Shown: positions 38,311 to 52,065 of the stretch, piece by piece
Layout: every line of letters begins with the position of its first letter
Position numbering within the stretch: the stretch's first letter is position 1
From: Octopus vulgaris
Lineage: Eukaryota
Assembly (NCBI GenBank): GCA_951406725.2
Contig: OX597820.1
Location: 98,766,001 to 98,830,000 of the forward strand
Direction of reading: 5' to 3'
Length of the DNA: 64,000 bases
The notes under the pieces: model-generated
What the model was told of the DNA's origin: nothing
The model's input: only the letters and a program-made list of their open reading frames with translations
Databases searched by the model: none
Made by a program: the position numbers and the translations under genes

Positions 38311-38899
38311 ATAATAATTTCGCAATACCCAAGAAAAAGACGAGAAGTGATGGCTGAAATATGCTTGATCGTAGGATTCATAGATTTGTTCAGACAGAAG
38401 TGACTTGGTGCTAAACAGCAACATGCGATTAATGAATTGCACGTTTTTAATAAATTATAGAAATTATTTAAGGTTAATCAAATGTAAATCTCATAAATGA
38501 AGTATTGAATAACTGAAAGCACAAGAATCAGAAAAAGATGTCTTTGATAAAGTGCTTTGAAGAAAAATAAATTAAGTTTAGAAATATTAGTTCGATGGTA
38601 GAAATGGATGAATCCAGTCAGACCTCACACGAAGTGCATTACAGTTTTTAGTTTACCCCACCCCATCCCCTTTTATCCTCGAATTCAAAATCCCACTGCA
38701 AACAACTTTGCTTTTCATCCACCCGGAGAGCAACAACATAAATATTGACGACAGAAGTTGCACACAGAACTTCATTCAATCAACCTTTATGTTATTACAT
38801 CTTCCCTACAAAAACTGGCTTTATTTACAGCTGAGTTTGTTGCGGTTGTCCTTTAGCTTTATATCAACCCTCATTAAGCACACCTTTAATTAAAATAAT

Positions 38900-39112
38900 T
38901 ACAGCCGTGACCATCCCGTCTTTTTAGGGTTAATAGGATCTCATTTTCCAATGTTTCACTTTTTAAGACGGCTGAGTATGATGATTTGAAGGAGATTTGG
39001 TTGCTATTTCTAACATTTCTAGCGACTATGTAGTGGATGCCTCTTTAACTCCAGTTGGTTTAATTTCTTGTTGTCGTGTAATCCCAGATCAGCCCTCATC
39101 CAACAGTCCTAT
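38900..39112 (-). repeat. Dispersed repeat E (also near 2510-2700, 33625-33800, 37740-38420, 53890-53980, 56030-56510)
   Basis: Shared motifs ctagaaatagca(g/a)ccaaat..gtcttaa..ggtcacggctgg..ctggg..aaacaac. Confidence 0.6.
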
Positions 39113-39194
39113 AATATACATGTAGTTCTTGCGCTGCCCCTCCCCCTACCCTCCTCGCCCCTAACAGTCTTACAGTTCAGTTTGTAAAACTTGT

Positions 39195-40131
39195 ATGAGG
39201 TGGCGGAGGAGGTGGTGCTGCCAGAGGAGGTAAGATTGGGAGTGGTGATGGAGGGAGGGCCTCCAACCTGTTACCAATGTGGAGTGGGGTGGGGCACATG
39301 AGGGTGGGGTGTCCCCAGAATGACGAGGGGGTGAGCGGGAGCAGCAGCAGCAAGGTGGAGAGCGGGAGCAAGGTGCCGAGGTGGCGACTCCTGTGAATGA
39401 GAAGTGTCCAAAGGAGTGGAGGAGGAATATAAAACGTGGACTCACCGCCAAAGAGTCCACCAAAGAAAAGGAAGGAAAATAAACAGGAAGAGACATAGCA
39501 GGAGATTCCAACAATATCAACAAGGGAAACCAACGTGGAAAATCAACTGGAAATACAGGGACAAGTAACAAAAATAAAGAACCAAAAAAGAAATGGCAGA
39601 TGGTGACATATTCGAAAAGCACGGAAACTGAAAAGAGAATAACCAAAATGAAGTCGGTGGTGAGAGTGAAGTTAACAACGGAATATTATCCAGAGAACAC
39701 CAAGGCAATTGTAATTGACCAAGAGAGATGTGCAAGATTGAAGGAATTATTTGGAAGTAAGATAAACCCAGCAGGAATACGCGTGGAGTTTGACGACTCG
39801 CCGCGTGTAATAGATTATGAGGACCTAATACCGTACATAAAATGGTGAAAAAAGAGGGGGAAAAAGAAAAAGAAAAATAGAAAGTAAATGTTTAGAATTT
39901 TATGACTATAAAACTGATACAAAAAGAGAAAAAAGAAAAGATATAAAAACATTTAACTAAAACATTTAAAATGATACTGCTTGCAAGTGGGGAACATGCG
40001 GCCATTTCACCTCCATTATTATAATTCATCCTTCATTCGTTCGTTCTGTGTTTTATGTCCCCCAACTGTAGTGTCCTGTCTGTCCTTGTACTGTCCCCTC
40101 TGTGTTATGGCCGTAGTGCCAAAATAAAGAA
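39195..40131 (+). mobile_element. Tx1-like element relic: purine-rich ORF1-like region and 3' UTR
   Basis: Broken K/E-rich frame followed by a tail gtctgtccttgtactgtcccctctgtg..aataaagaa resembling the SINE A tail and the Tx1-like tail at 22970-22996. Confidence 0.45.
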
Positions 40132-40136
40132 TCATC

Positions 40137-41545
40137 TCAGTTGGAGTCAGTGGGTTTTTCGAAAACTGTTGCCAGTTGAACTCGTTCTTCTGTATTGATA
40201 ATTTACTGAGTGTTTGAATATTTTGTGCTGCTTTGCAGCGATTTGTGTGTCTACGTTTGTTTGTTTGTTTTTTTGTGCTTTCTCTTTTCGTAAGAGGAGA
40301 GATAGCTTGGTAAAGGCATGTCTAGAAGACTACAGCTACTCAGGCGTGTCGTCGTCCGAGGAGGAGTTATTGAAGACAATAAACTGAAAGCGGTTAAAAC
40401 ATATTTTGCCGATGTGGCAAAATGTCAGGAGACCGAATTAAATATCGAGGAACTCGGAAGACTTAAAAATAAAATGAGTCGAGATGGTTTCGAGGTAAAG
40501 CTGTCCCCCATCCCGCAAGAGATACGAAACAGGATAAAGGAGAAAACAATAACGTATCGAACATTTTTCTATAAGCAAAAGTAAGATAGATATTGTCACT
40601 ACAGAACAGGTAGAAAAGGCGCTAGGCTAATTTGGAAAGATATCGTATACTTGGCAAGAGGCTCGATGTAGAAGTGATGCTTTTGCCTGCATACCGAGGA
40701 ATGAGAGCTACGAGAATCAGTGTCGAAGGGATCTCACCAGAAATTGATGTGGCCTGGGTGGCAGATTCTAGCATAGTGGTTCTCTAGGCCACAAAAAAGG
40801 ATAGCGTAAATTGGAAGGGACAGACGCTGAGCCTGATAGAACAAGGATCAAATGAGACTTTGGAAAAAATCACCGAGTCAATAATAATGGATGAAACAAT
40901 AATGACAGTCAGGTTCGAAGGCAGAGTTCTACGCTGCTTTAAATGTGGCCTTTCAGGCTACATTAGAGCAGACTGCACTACAAAGATCGAAAATGCAGAA
41001 GAGAAACAACCAAATAATATGGAGGAGGAAATAGAAGAGAAACCAGAGGATCCCAGAAAGGAAGAGGAAGTAGCAGAAACAGAGGATGAATGGGAAAAGG
41101 TCACAGGAAGAAAGAGGAAGAAGGCAAGTGATTTGAACTGTAAACCCCAACCCACACCCATCCATCCACACCCTCTCAGACCCACCCTCCCCCTGCAGAC
41201 ACCAAGCCTACCCATTCCCATCTGACACAAAAACAAAAGAAAAAGTCAAACACACACAAAAAAGTTCAACCCCCCCCCTCAAGTCTAAAAAAAAGGTAAA
41301 AGGTGTAAAGCCTACATATTATATGGATATAATAATGAATTGTTAAATGAAGTGTTTGTCATGGGACGACGTGAAAGAAGTTGCAACTGCTGGGTTTGAT
41401 AGTGTTATGGAGTTTCACAGGTGTGTGTTACCGACTAAAGAACAGGATGAAATAATACATACGTTTAAAGATGATTATAGTTCTTGGGAGTTGGATTACG
41501 ACGAGAACTTACTTCCAAGATTGAGTATAGTAATTTGATTCCGTA
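40137..41545 (+). mobile_element. Tx1/L1-like ORF1 (gag-like) pseudogene
   Basis: 5' UTR then a broken ORF from 40318; VRFEGRVLRCFKCGLSGYIRADC zinc knuckle (H replaced by Y) and a WEKVTGRKRKK motif typical of Tx1/L1 ORF1. Confidence 0.7.
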
Positions 41546-41789
41546 GTTTAAATTTGAGAGGGTTGGTAATGTGTGGCTTAGAGATGACAAGCATTTGTAG
41601 AATTTTTGGTAGCGTTTAAAGAATGATAAGAGAAGTGTATATGACTGGAAAACGTCTAACTTACTGTGCTTTGGCATAACACATTCGATTCTTAGTTCAA
41701 GCTATTACACTTTTTTGTTTCTTTATTGAATGTTAATATCAACAGTAAGCATAGGTTCGTTTCTATTCAAGGTTATATTATATTATATT

Positions 41790-42065
41790 ATCACCGTCAC
41801 CGTGACCGACCAGGCTATCAGATGTTGCTTCACATCGCTGGTCACAATGCGTTTCACATTGCTTTAGCCTTCAAATGACGCCACCCCGCTGGCTAAGCGA
41901 ACAGGCCAACAGAAGAGTGAGAGAAAGAGTACAACAGGGGTCGCCACCACCCCCTGCCGGAGCCTCGTGGAGCTTTTAGGTGTTTTCGCTCAATAAACAC
42001 TCACAACACCCGGTCTGGGAATCGAAATCGCGATCCTTCAACCGTGATTCCGCTGCCCTAACCAT
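41790..42065 (-). mobile_element. SINE family C with tail Y
   Basis: Reverse complement of 52066-52363. Confidence 0.88.
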
Positions 42066-42139
42066 AATATTATATTATATTATATTATATTATATTATAT
42101 TATATTATATTATATTATATTGTTATTGTAGTGTTTTAT

Positions 42140-42988
42140 GACAATTTATCGATTTATTCTTCCACTGCAATTTTTGTTTATCGCTTTTTTTTTAAATTTG
42201 AAGAAAATTCACCTCTATACAGATACATGACGATGGAGAGCCAATTAGAAGTAAAAAAAATAGCATTTTCGACACTCGCTTCTCGTTGCTTTCAATCAAA
42301 GTTCCAAAGCTGCCAAAACCACTCGAGACAGTTGTACTGTGTACGAAAGAGTCTCTATTATTGAAGAAAGTTGCACAGAAATGGTTTTCACCCGTCAAGG
42401 AGAGGGAATTTTACCTCAGTGACTCTCCACTTTCCAGCCGACATACTCAGTTTAATGAGGATCAATTAACTGGGCTTACCCATAACGATCTGCACCAATC
42501 CACTAGGGAATTGGCCCAGCAGATGGTATACTCCCTTGATATATTGGCACCCGTCTTCTTCGCTAGTTGGGTGAGGTCCACACGACCCGACCGGTGACAC
42601 AGTGTACTTTTTCAACAAGACCATGCTCGCCTCCACGTCGCCAATGTGACCAAAAATGCTATTCAAAACCTTGGCTTGGAAGGTCAACTGAATCCACAGT
42701 ATTCTTCTGATACAGATGGTCGTCCTCTTTTTTTTTTTTTTTTTTTTTTGCCGCTCTCAAACAGTTTCCGGAGCATTTCGTACAACAACGACTTGGAACT
42801 GAAAACGTGGTTGAATGAATTCTTCAAGTCATGACTTAGTGCTTTTTACCATCTTTCAAAGCATTGACAAACTTGTCGTGAACAATGGAGGAGAATATAC
42901 TATTAAATGATTTCTTAAAATTGCTGATGTAAAATAAAGAATTAAGTTAAATAGAAAAGAACGACCGAATTTATCTGCCAACCCAGTT
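42140..42988 (+). mobile_element. Internally deleted mariner element
   Basis: AQKWFS..FYLSDSP.S.R.TQFNEDQL..QSTRELAQ; FQQDHARLH; HPQYS-like motif; ELKTWLNEFF; TIR-like end ctgccaacccagt. Confidence 0.78.
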
Positions 42989-43146
42989 CATGAACAACAT
43001 AAATCATCTTTTCTCATTCTTTTAAAGCATAAATCCTTTGTGTATCGTCACATAAACACCGAAAATACAAGTTTTTATAGATATTACTTTAAATCACAAT
43101 TTTCGTTTCCTTCCTCCCAACACCCTTCCCCTCTCTCTTTCTCTCC

Positions 43147-43184
<38 letters not shown>

Positions 43185-43986
43185 CTTCCTCTCAATCTTT
43201 CACTATCATTTTCTGGCTTGTTGCTTTTAAATTGCATATTTTTATTTATTCGTTATTCTCTCTCCCATCACGAGATCAGCATGTTCATAAGTCTTTCGAC
43301 TGAGCGAGTAAAGCAGTGTCTAAATTGGAGAGTAAATCAAGCATTCAGGACGTAGAAGGCTGTGTGTGTGTATGTGTGTGTGTGAGAGAGAGAGTAAATG
43401 AGCGGTTAGTGGGAGATGTGTGAGCGAGGAAAAGTGTATTTCTGGGTTGGTTGTGCAGATATTCTTCGGGGCAAATATTCAGTTGAAATTTAAAATTGAA
43501 AATAAAGGAAGTGGAAACTGGGTTTTTGACATTTTGTAACAGGATAACCACTCACTTGAAGTCGGTATTGAATGGTTCTACGCACACACGCACGCACGCA
43601 TACACACGCGCGCGGGCACACACACACAACGGTACAAAATTATTCGTATAAACAGAAGGGTTAGAAGTAATTCAAACAGAGGAATAAGCTTACGCCGTGA
43701 GAAAAAATGAATCTAAAGAAACGTTTCGGAAAACTCACTTTATCAAACATATAAAGAAATATCAAGTAGAGTTGTTATAAATATATATTGAACTAAAGAG
43801 ATGGGGGAAGAGGGGAGGAAAAAGACTTTAAGAAAAGGGGCGTAAATCGTATGGAGATATGGAGAGGGAAACGATATCAGATTTGCCACATGTTAAGGAA
43901 ATATGCGCATATGTATGTATGCATGTATATACATATATCCGTGTGCGTCCGTGTGTATGAATGAGAGTATTTGGGACTGTATATGC

Positions 43987-44035
<49 letters not shown>

Positions 44036-44706
44036 GCGACGCCAGGTCATCAGCATCACTCGAGCTGTTTACAGATTTCCCATAAAACACATGTCTGCTC
44101 GAAGAATTTCACGTTTTCCCGCAATATTTATAATCTAAAATTACTTATTTTTTATATCTAGCATTATGTCTTTCTCCATTTCTAAATTAAGGGTAAAACT
44201 AAAGCAACCCTGCAAAACACAACTGATCATACGCAAAGAATTTGCCTGTACTCTTGACAAGAAATGCAAGTTAGTCTTTTACACATACTAGGCTCGTTCG
44301 TATTAACTGGATAATTCTTGTTCCTTTAAGGATATTGTAGAACGGTAACTTTTCATGGACTGATATTTAAATTTTAATCTCTATAGAAATTTGTTTCAAG
44401 AAAACATTGAATTCAGTTATTTTTAATTTAACATGGGCTGTATCTTCTGAGCCCGCGTCTGACGCACGTGAACGTCTGCTACGAATGATATTTTTTGACA
44501 AAGGGCACCTCTAAGATGATCGCCAGATGCTGAACGAAGGTAATTGAACAGCGACCAGGCTCAATAAAAAGAGCCCGAGTTATTGGCTGAAATCGTATAC
44601 TTGAAGTAAATGTTGGCAGAAATTTAATCAGCTTGGAAATACACGTTCCCTTTATTAAATTTATACTCGGGCTAAGCCCGAACAATCCGAGTGCCGGAGT
44701 CGCCCT

Positions 44707-44756
<50 letters not shown>

Positions 44757-44767
<11 letters not shown>

Positions 44768-45153
44768 CATTAAAAGGCTTCCAAATAAAGAAGCAAGTGC
44801 TAGATACACAAGGGGGGCGGATAAATTCATGAAATGGACTGAAAATTAAAAACGTTTACCATCTCAGCTATTCCTGTACTGCAGTTTCATCTTCTTTTTT
44901 AGCAAAAATTCATGAAATGGAATGAAAATCAAAAACGTTTACCATCTCAGCTAATCCTGTACTGCAGTTTCATCTTCTTTTTAGCAAATGAATAGAATTC
45001 TATTCATTTGCTAAAAAGAAGATGAAACTGCAGTACAAGGATTAGCTGAGATGGTAAACATTTTTGATTTTCATTCCATTTCATGAATGTATCCCCTCCT
45101 TGTGTATCTAGCACTTGCTTCTTTATTTGGAAGCCTTTTAATGTATTTATATA
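44757..45153. repeat. Near-perfect ~400 bp palindrome next to (TA)n
   Basis: Centre gaattc at 44995-45000; the left arm has an extra ~83 bp tandem copy; contains GAAAC-tgca-GTA half-hammerhead motifs. Confidence 0.92.
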
Positions 45154-45243
45154 TGAATAACGTATGGTCTAATGACTAATTCGTCTTTTGTGCTAGGTCA
45201 CTGGTAATAAGAATTTATTTTTATTACGCTATTTACTATGTTT

Positions 45244-45383
<140 letters not shown>

Positions 45384-45396
45384 GTGTGTATACATT

Positions 45397-46293
45397 CAGG
45401 GTGTGGTGAATAAACTGTCGTCTAAATTACGCAAAAATGAAAATAACACTAACATCTCATTTTAACAGATATATTTACGAAAATTACATAAAAATATCAT
45501 GAAATACTAGGGAGTAAAATTATTCTATAAAATCGCCATTAGCTTCAACCACGGCTTCCAGACGACTTCGGAATCTCCTGCAACTCTTCTGGACAGTCTC
45601 CTTGTTTAAGTTGGTGAACGCTGCCATAATCCTTGCTTTCAGTTCATCTTTCGTTTTACAAGGAGTTTTGTTGGTCTCTCGCTCAAATTCGCCCCACACA
45701 TAATAATGAAGGGGGTTGCAGACTGGGGAGTTAGGTGGCCAGATGTTAGGGGTGATGTGGTCGCAAAAATTGTTTGACAGCCATGACTGGTTTCTCCTGC
45801 ATGTGTAGCATGTTACAGAGTTCTATTGTTAGATATAGATCTTCCAGTAGCAACCCCCTTCACCCAAGGCAGCACTACCTCCTCCGGGCATTTGGTGTAG
45901 GCCTCCGGGTTGTGTCTGAGGCTGTGTGGGAAGATGGAGGCAGCTTGATTTTTGGAGAGATCACAAGTGTTCACTCCAAATACCATGATGCTTATCGGAT
46001 GTTTACTTTTTATCACTCTCGGTACATGTTTTGCGGGACATGGCAGATCCTCAAATTGACACGCAATCTCTCTGAAATGTTCGTATTGGAGCTGCTTCCG
46101 GCGCGAATGCCAAGCTGTACAGCATGTCATTTCCAAATTTCTGGCAGAGTGGCTCGCGTCATGGTGCTGTTTTTGTCACAGACGGTGCTCAGCTGACCCT
46201 ACTATACTGTGTAGTCGACAAAATCATAAAGAAACAAAGCGTATGCGCGAAATTTAAAATATTAAACGGCGACAATTTACCCATCGCACCCTG
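45397..46293 (-). mobile_element. maT/DD37D-like Tc1/mariner element with both TIRs, internally deleted
   Basis: TIRs cagggtg(t/c)g(g/a)tg(a/g)(a/g)taaa(c/t)tgtcg; minus strand HPISIMVFG..IWPPNSPVCNPLHYYVWG..KDELKARIMAAFTNLNKE..RSRLEAVVEANGDFIE. Confidence 0.9.
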
Positions 46294-46507
46294 TATATAT
46301 GTGTGTGTGTGTTTATATATGTGTGTGAGTGTGTGTATATATATTTGAGTGTGTGTATATATATATGTGTGTGTGTGTTTGCATGTATGTATATAAAATG
46401 TTTGTCCAAATTAGTGATATTGAAGTTTACTTCATTTGTTGTTGCATTCATGGTTATTCGTTATATAACAACACATACACACTCACACACACTCATACAC
46501 ACATACA

Positions 46508-46559
<52 letters not shown>

Positions 46560-47789
46560 CGTATATACTTACATACATATTTATGTATATGCGTATATAT
46601 ATATGTGGGTGGGTGTATACATATACATACATACATACATATATACATACATATATACATACATACGTACGTACGTACGTACATACATGCGTACATACAT
46701 ACATATGTAATGCGGGTACGCGTGCATGTGTGAATATTCCTACGAGTATTTGGTGTGTTTATGGAAATAAATTGCAAAACCAAGTCAACTTCTATTTAGC
46801 AAACAAACTGGAAACGAAGTGAGGCAGAAACTGTCATCTCTCTCTAGATATATATATGATTTAGTGTTGTTCTAAGTCGCCGTTCTGAATGTTATCAAAC
46901 ATCAAATGAACTCGACGAAGCTAACAGGTCTTTCAGTTTTCTCTTCTCTAAAATTCCCATGGAGATTTTTTACTGATCGCGAGACCAGACGATATCATCA
47001 CGTCGATTTTTTGTTTTTCCGTAAATGCCTCGTCCCTAAACGAAATAAAAGAAATGCAATAGACAACAATAACAGCAACAAAAAGTAGCTGTAACAAGGA
47101 CGGTAACTCAAGATCAAAATGTATAACAGTAAACATATCTACGTATATGTTTCACTTTCCTTTCTTTCTTTCCTTTATTTTTTTTTCTTGCCATTTTCCC
47201 TATTTATTTATTTGTTTGTTGATGTATTCCACTGTACGTATTTGTGACCTTGACACAATGTAAATCGGAGACAATTGTAGTAGTAACAAAGTACCAAGAA
47301 CAACAACAGCAACAATTAGAGCAACAGCAGTAACAGCAGCAGCAGCAGTTGCACCAGAAGCAGTAACAATGATAACAGTCTACAGCAGTGGTGGTGGTGG
47401 TGGTGGTGGTGGTGGTTTTGGTAGTAGTTGAAAATGACTGCGTTATCAAAAGAAAGGTCAGCACCGGCAGGAAAATGAGCAGCAACAGCAACGCCAGCAA
47501 CAGCGACAGTAATACCAAAAAGCCGCAGCAGCAGCACCACCAGCAGCAAGGGAAACAATTGTAACATCTAGTTCAGGGTTTCTCATACAGCGCCGGGTCA
47601 GACCCCACCCTATTCCTCCCTCTTCAAAGGCCGCCTTTGAGATTAAAACTGGGACGAAAAAAATTGCTACGTTTAATAAAATTAAAATATTTTTAAAGCT
47701 TTTTAAACTTCGCCAACTCCATATCAAAGACTGATGAATTCTACGAAAGCAAGCCCTATTTTGGCGGGTAAGGATAAAAAAGAACGGTT

Positions 47790-48110
47790 CTCTGGGGCAA
47801 GTGTTTTTTACTATAGTCCTGAGCCGATCAGAGCTTAGCGAGTATATTTGGCAGGCGGAAACTGAAAGAAGCCCATCCTATACACACACACACGTATAAA
47901 TATGTGATCTTATCTCTCTCTCTCTCTCTCCCACTGCCGCTTGACAACCGGTGTTGGTGTGTTTACGTCCACGTGACTTAGCGGTTCGGCAAAGAAAAAC
48001 GTTATGATATGTGTTGGACTTTAAATATAAGTTATGGGGTCGATTTGTTCGACGAAAAGCCTTTGGGGTCGGTGCTCCAACACGACCGCAGTTCAATGCC
48101 TGGAACAAGT
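47790..48110 (+). mobile_element. SINE family B, 5'-truncated and diverged
   Basis: gggcaagtgtttttt..cggaaactgaaagaagccc..gacaaccggtgttggtgtgtttacgtcc. Confidence 0.8.
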
Positions 48111-48539
48111 TTGTCAATTTGACAACCATTGATCCACTCAATGAGGATGCAGCCTCGTGAAAATAAAATGGTACTTTATTGGTATAAATGACGCTTGTGG
48201 TTTTTTTATAAATCTAGACAAGTGGTGTTCACAAAGGGTTTTTTTTTCCTCTTTCTGAAATCAATGTAGGTTTGACGTGTGGTGTTTGGGTTAGGTGCGA
48301 ATGATGCTTGGTGAGGGAGCATTGAGGAAGAATGAAAGGTCATGACCATCTGCACATTACAGTGCGTTGTTGGATGCAGCAGCAAATATGTCATTGACAT
48401 ATAGAAAGAAAAACGTGGCAGGGACAAAACTGATCAAAACCTTGGGAAACACCAGAGTTCATGTAGAGCGGAGAAGAAAGAACAGTACCTGCAGATGTTG
48501 CAATAGTACATTATGAGTCCATCTCCTGCTCGTTAATCT

Positions 48540-49270
48540 TTGATATTCATTCCTCCGTTTTCAATAAAATAAAGTACTTGTCACGTACTAGGGTCGATAT
48601 AACTGACAACTCTTTCCCCATAAAATTTCTGCCCTTATGCTTAAATTAGAAACACTCAGTGTTTGATTAACAGAACCGGTAGAGCATCGGAAAAAAATGT
48701 TTGTAATATTTCTTCCGAAGCCCGATAAGTAAAAGAAAATAAAAGACAACCCATATTTTAGCATGTATGGGTTGGAATTAACGGGGCCGTCGAATTAGTG
48801 TTTTAAAAATTTCGGTCTCTATTCAAAACCCGCCGCGTTCAACTATGCCTTTCCTCCTTTCAGGGTCGAGAAAATAAAGTACGACTCCAATGCAATCGAT
48901 TATCCTCATCTCCTAAAATCGCTGACCCTGGGCCAAAATGTGGCTAACTGGCAGAATCGTTAGCATGCAGGGCAAAATGATTAGGAGTATTTCGATTCCT
49001 ATTTTAAGCTATAAACCGAATGTACACCACCCCATCTTTTCCACCTCAGTTATAAAGTATTGATCGTGTACAGAAGTAAGAAATCGATGAGAGAGATTGG
49101 TAAAGCAGTATTTCGTTACGGCCCTTTATTATTTAAGTTCAAATCCCACCAATATCAGCTTTACCTTTCATCATTCCGGGTTTGACAAAATAAAGTACCA
49201 TTTAAGCATTGTGTACAAACGTTACCTTCTCCTAAATTGTGGGGCCTTGTGCCAAAGTTAGAAATCAGTA
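48540..49270 (+). mobile_element. Cluster of old SINE family A fragments
   Basis: Repeated degraded cores (ctttc.tcctt..g.aaaataaagtac). Confidence 0.6.
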
Positions 49271-49314
49271 TTGTGTTATTCCTGTTGCTTCACTCAAAGT
49301 AAGTCCTAGTTTAA

Positions 49315-49499
49315 CCTTTTAGCATTCAGATTACTCTATTAAATGCAATGCTTTGAATGAATGATTCTCATAGCATTCAGATTTTTATTTTTAGCATGAC
49401 ATGGCAGGATAGATGTTGTGAGATAGATGTCTGGTCAGTTTGAACATATAACAGGTAGAATCATTTGGACCTGATATGGTCGGTTCAAACGCTAAAGGA
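49315..49499. mobile_element. TTAA-flanked MITE (piggyBac-like)
   Basis: TTAA|ccttttagcatt..aacgctaaagga|TTAA. Confidence 0.7.
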
Positions 49500-50819
49500 T
49501 TAATAGATGTAGTATCAAAGTCATTCCACATGTGACACTTCTGTCTTTTGGGAGGTTTTGTTTTCTAGAAACATGTAGGATTCCTTTGTAATCTATCTCT
49601 CTGTAATTTAAGGGAGTTTTGACTGCTGTTCCTAGAAATCAATACGATTATACGTATAATGGTTTCAAATTTCGGGTCAAGGTCTGTAAGTTCGAGGGAA
49701 GGGTAAGTCGGTTTGATCGACCCCAGTACTTAACTGGTACTTATTTTATCGACCCCAAAAGGATAAAAGCCAAAGTCAAGCTCGGTGGCATATTATGTCA
49801 GTAACATAATAACACCGGGAGAGCATCAGACACAATATTTTTCTCTAGTTGTGTCAAGTCTCGCCGAGAGCAGTTCCCTCTTTCTCTCTCCTCGTGTTTC
49901 TCCCACTTTCTCTTCCTCTCTCTCTCTCTCTCTGCCTTCCTCTTCCCTTCCCTCTATCCCTCTCTCTCTCCTCCTCTATCCCTCCCCCTTGCTCATTCCG
50001 TCTCTTCTCGCCTCTCACTTTCTTCACTCTCTCTCTCTCTCTCTATCTTTCTCCATCATCTCCCTTTCTCGCCCTCCTCTTTCCCGCTTTCTATTTCTCT
50101 CTTTCTCTATTTTTCTCTCAGCTTTCCATAATCGATAATAATGTACCACCCAATATATTGGCATCGATTCAGTCTATTCCATATAAATTCGCCCATTCTT
50201 ACACTATTCGTCCTAGTTTCTAATCAAACAAACCATTATTATCTGCTTCTCCAATTCTTTTGTTTTGTTTTTTTTTTTGTTTTCTGTCACTATTCTTGAT
50301 GATATTAATGATGATGATCACGACGATGATGAGGATGATGATGATGATGATGATGATGTTATTGACATTGTTGTTTGTTATTGTCCTTGCCATTGTCGTC
50401 GTCGTCCTTTTCTTCGCCCTTGTTATTGGATGTCGTCATTGCTCTCGTAGCTGTTGTTAATAGCTTCACTTTTGCTATGAATTCCCATAAAAATCCTTTA
50501 AAGAAAGAAAAAAAAAAGTTTATCAAAAAACGAAAAAAAAACAAACAAACTAACCGGCCTATGGGACCTGTAAAACCTTGAACTTAAATTGTTCCACTCG
50601 ATGCACTTTAACTGGAGTTGTAGACGCCATTGTTGTCTAAAGCTTTAGTCAATAAGAAGCCACGAAGATAGTAAACACTAATATAACAACAATGTTGACA
50701 TCATTAATAACTAAAACAACAGTAAATAAAAAAAAGAAACAGAAAGAAACCGTAAAAATACTACGAAATAAACAAATCACCGCTCAACTGATACGAAAAT
50801 ACTGGAACCGCTCCATGTA

Positions 50820-51390
50820 CTATTGTACATTATATTACACTACGTATCACAATATGCACGTTACTATACCGCATTACACTTCATTACAATATATTGCACT
50901 ACTCTATTCTGAATTAGACAACACTACAATATATAATATACTATATTAGAGCACACTACAATATACTACTCTATATTATATACTACACTGCATTATACTA
51001 TATTTTTCTATATTACAATATACTACATTACACCAGCTGTATTAGACAATACTTCAATCTATAACACTACACTATATTAGACTACACTATACTATATTAG
51101 ACTGCACTACAATATATAACATTACACTATATTAGACTACACTATACTTTATTAGACAACACTACAATATATAACATACTATAATACACTACACTATACT
51201 ATATTATAATACATTAGAGTACACTACACTGCAATATACCACACTACCTTATACTATATTAGACTAAATAATACTATAGTACACTACCCTACACTATAAC
51301 ACTAAATAGTATATCGCTCAACAACACTACGCAGCATCATACTATGTTACGATCGCTATACATCCCGACTATGTTACGCTACACTTCCCG
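50820..51390. repeat. Degenerate (ACACT/ATACT)n pentamer tract (similar at 33270-33500)
   Basis: Recurrent tacac/tatac/cacta with ~5-nt periodicity. Confidence 0.8.
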
Positions 51391-51709
51391 ATTATTTTCA
51401 TGCAGCAGTTGTCCTAGTTATTTTTCCTGTTCATTCAGGAAATTTGTAGTACTGTGTTCATTCACAAATATGCTTCTTCTCGAAAAGTAACGCTTACACT
51501 ACGATTCACTGGAAAGTTTTAATAACATAGAAACGTGATTAAAGTCGTCGCCATAATGCTAAAGATGAGTCTAACTCAGCATAGCATACCATGTTTAATT
51601 AATGTTAATCAACTAAAATTAATTGAAGCCAAAATTTCATTATAATCTTGTATTTTCTTTTCTCTTTTTTCCTTTTTCATCACTAAGAATTTGATTTTAA
51701 TTATATCAG

Positions 51710-51938
51710 GGTGAGCTGGCAGAAACGTTAAAACGCCGGGCGAAATGCCTAGCGGTATTTCGTCTGCCGTTACGTTCTGAGTTCAAATTCCGCCGAGGTC
51801 GACTTTGCCTTTCATCCTTTCGGGGTCGATTAAATAAGTACCAGTAAATCATTGGGGTCAACATAATCGACTTAATCCCCTTGTCTGTCCTTGTTTGTCC
51901 CCTCTATGTTTAGCCCCCTGTGGGCAATAAAGAAATAA
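51710..51938 (+). mobile_element. SINE family A with TSD
   Basis: TSD aattatatcaggg. Confidence 0.9.
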
Positions 51939-52065
51939 ATTATATCAGGGCTTATTACATTATGTATATTTGCACCTACTTTACTATTAAGTTTTTAAAG
52001 CAGCTGGTGTCCCTAGGTATTCTCCCCTTGCCCACCATTAAATTAGCCTTCTTATATTATCTATG

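Noticed and set aside
48280-48470. Possible ancient RTE 3' relic (..KRGRDK..KTW-like)
   Set aside because: Too degraded to support.
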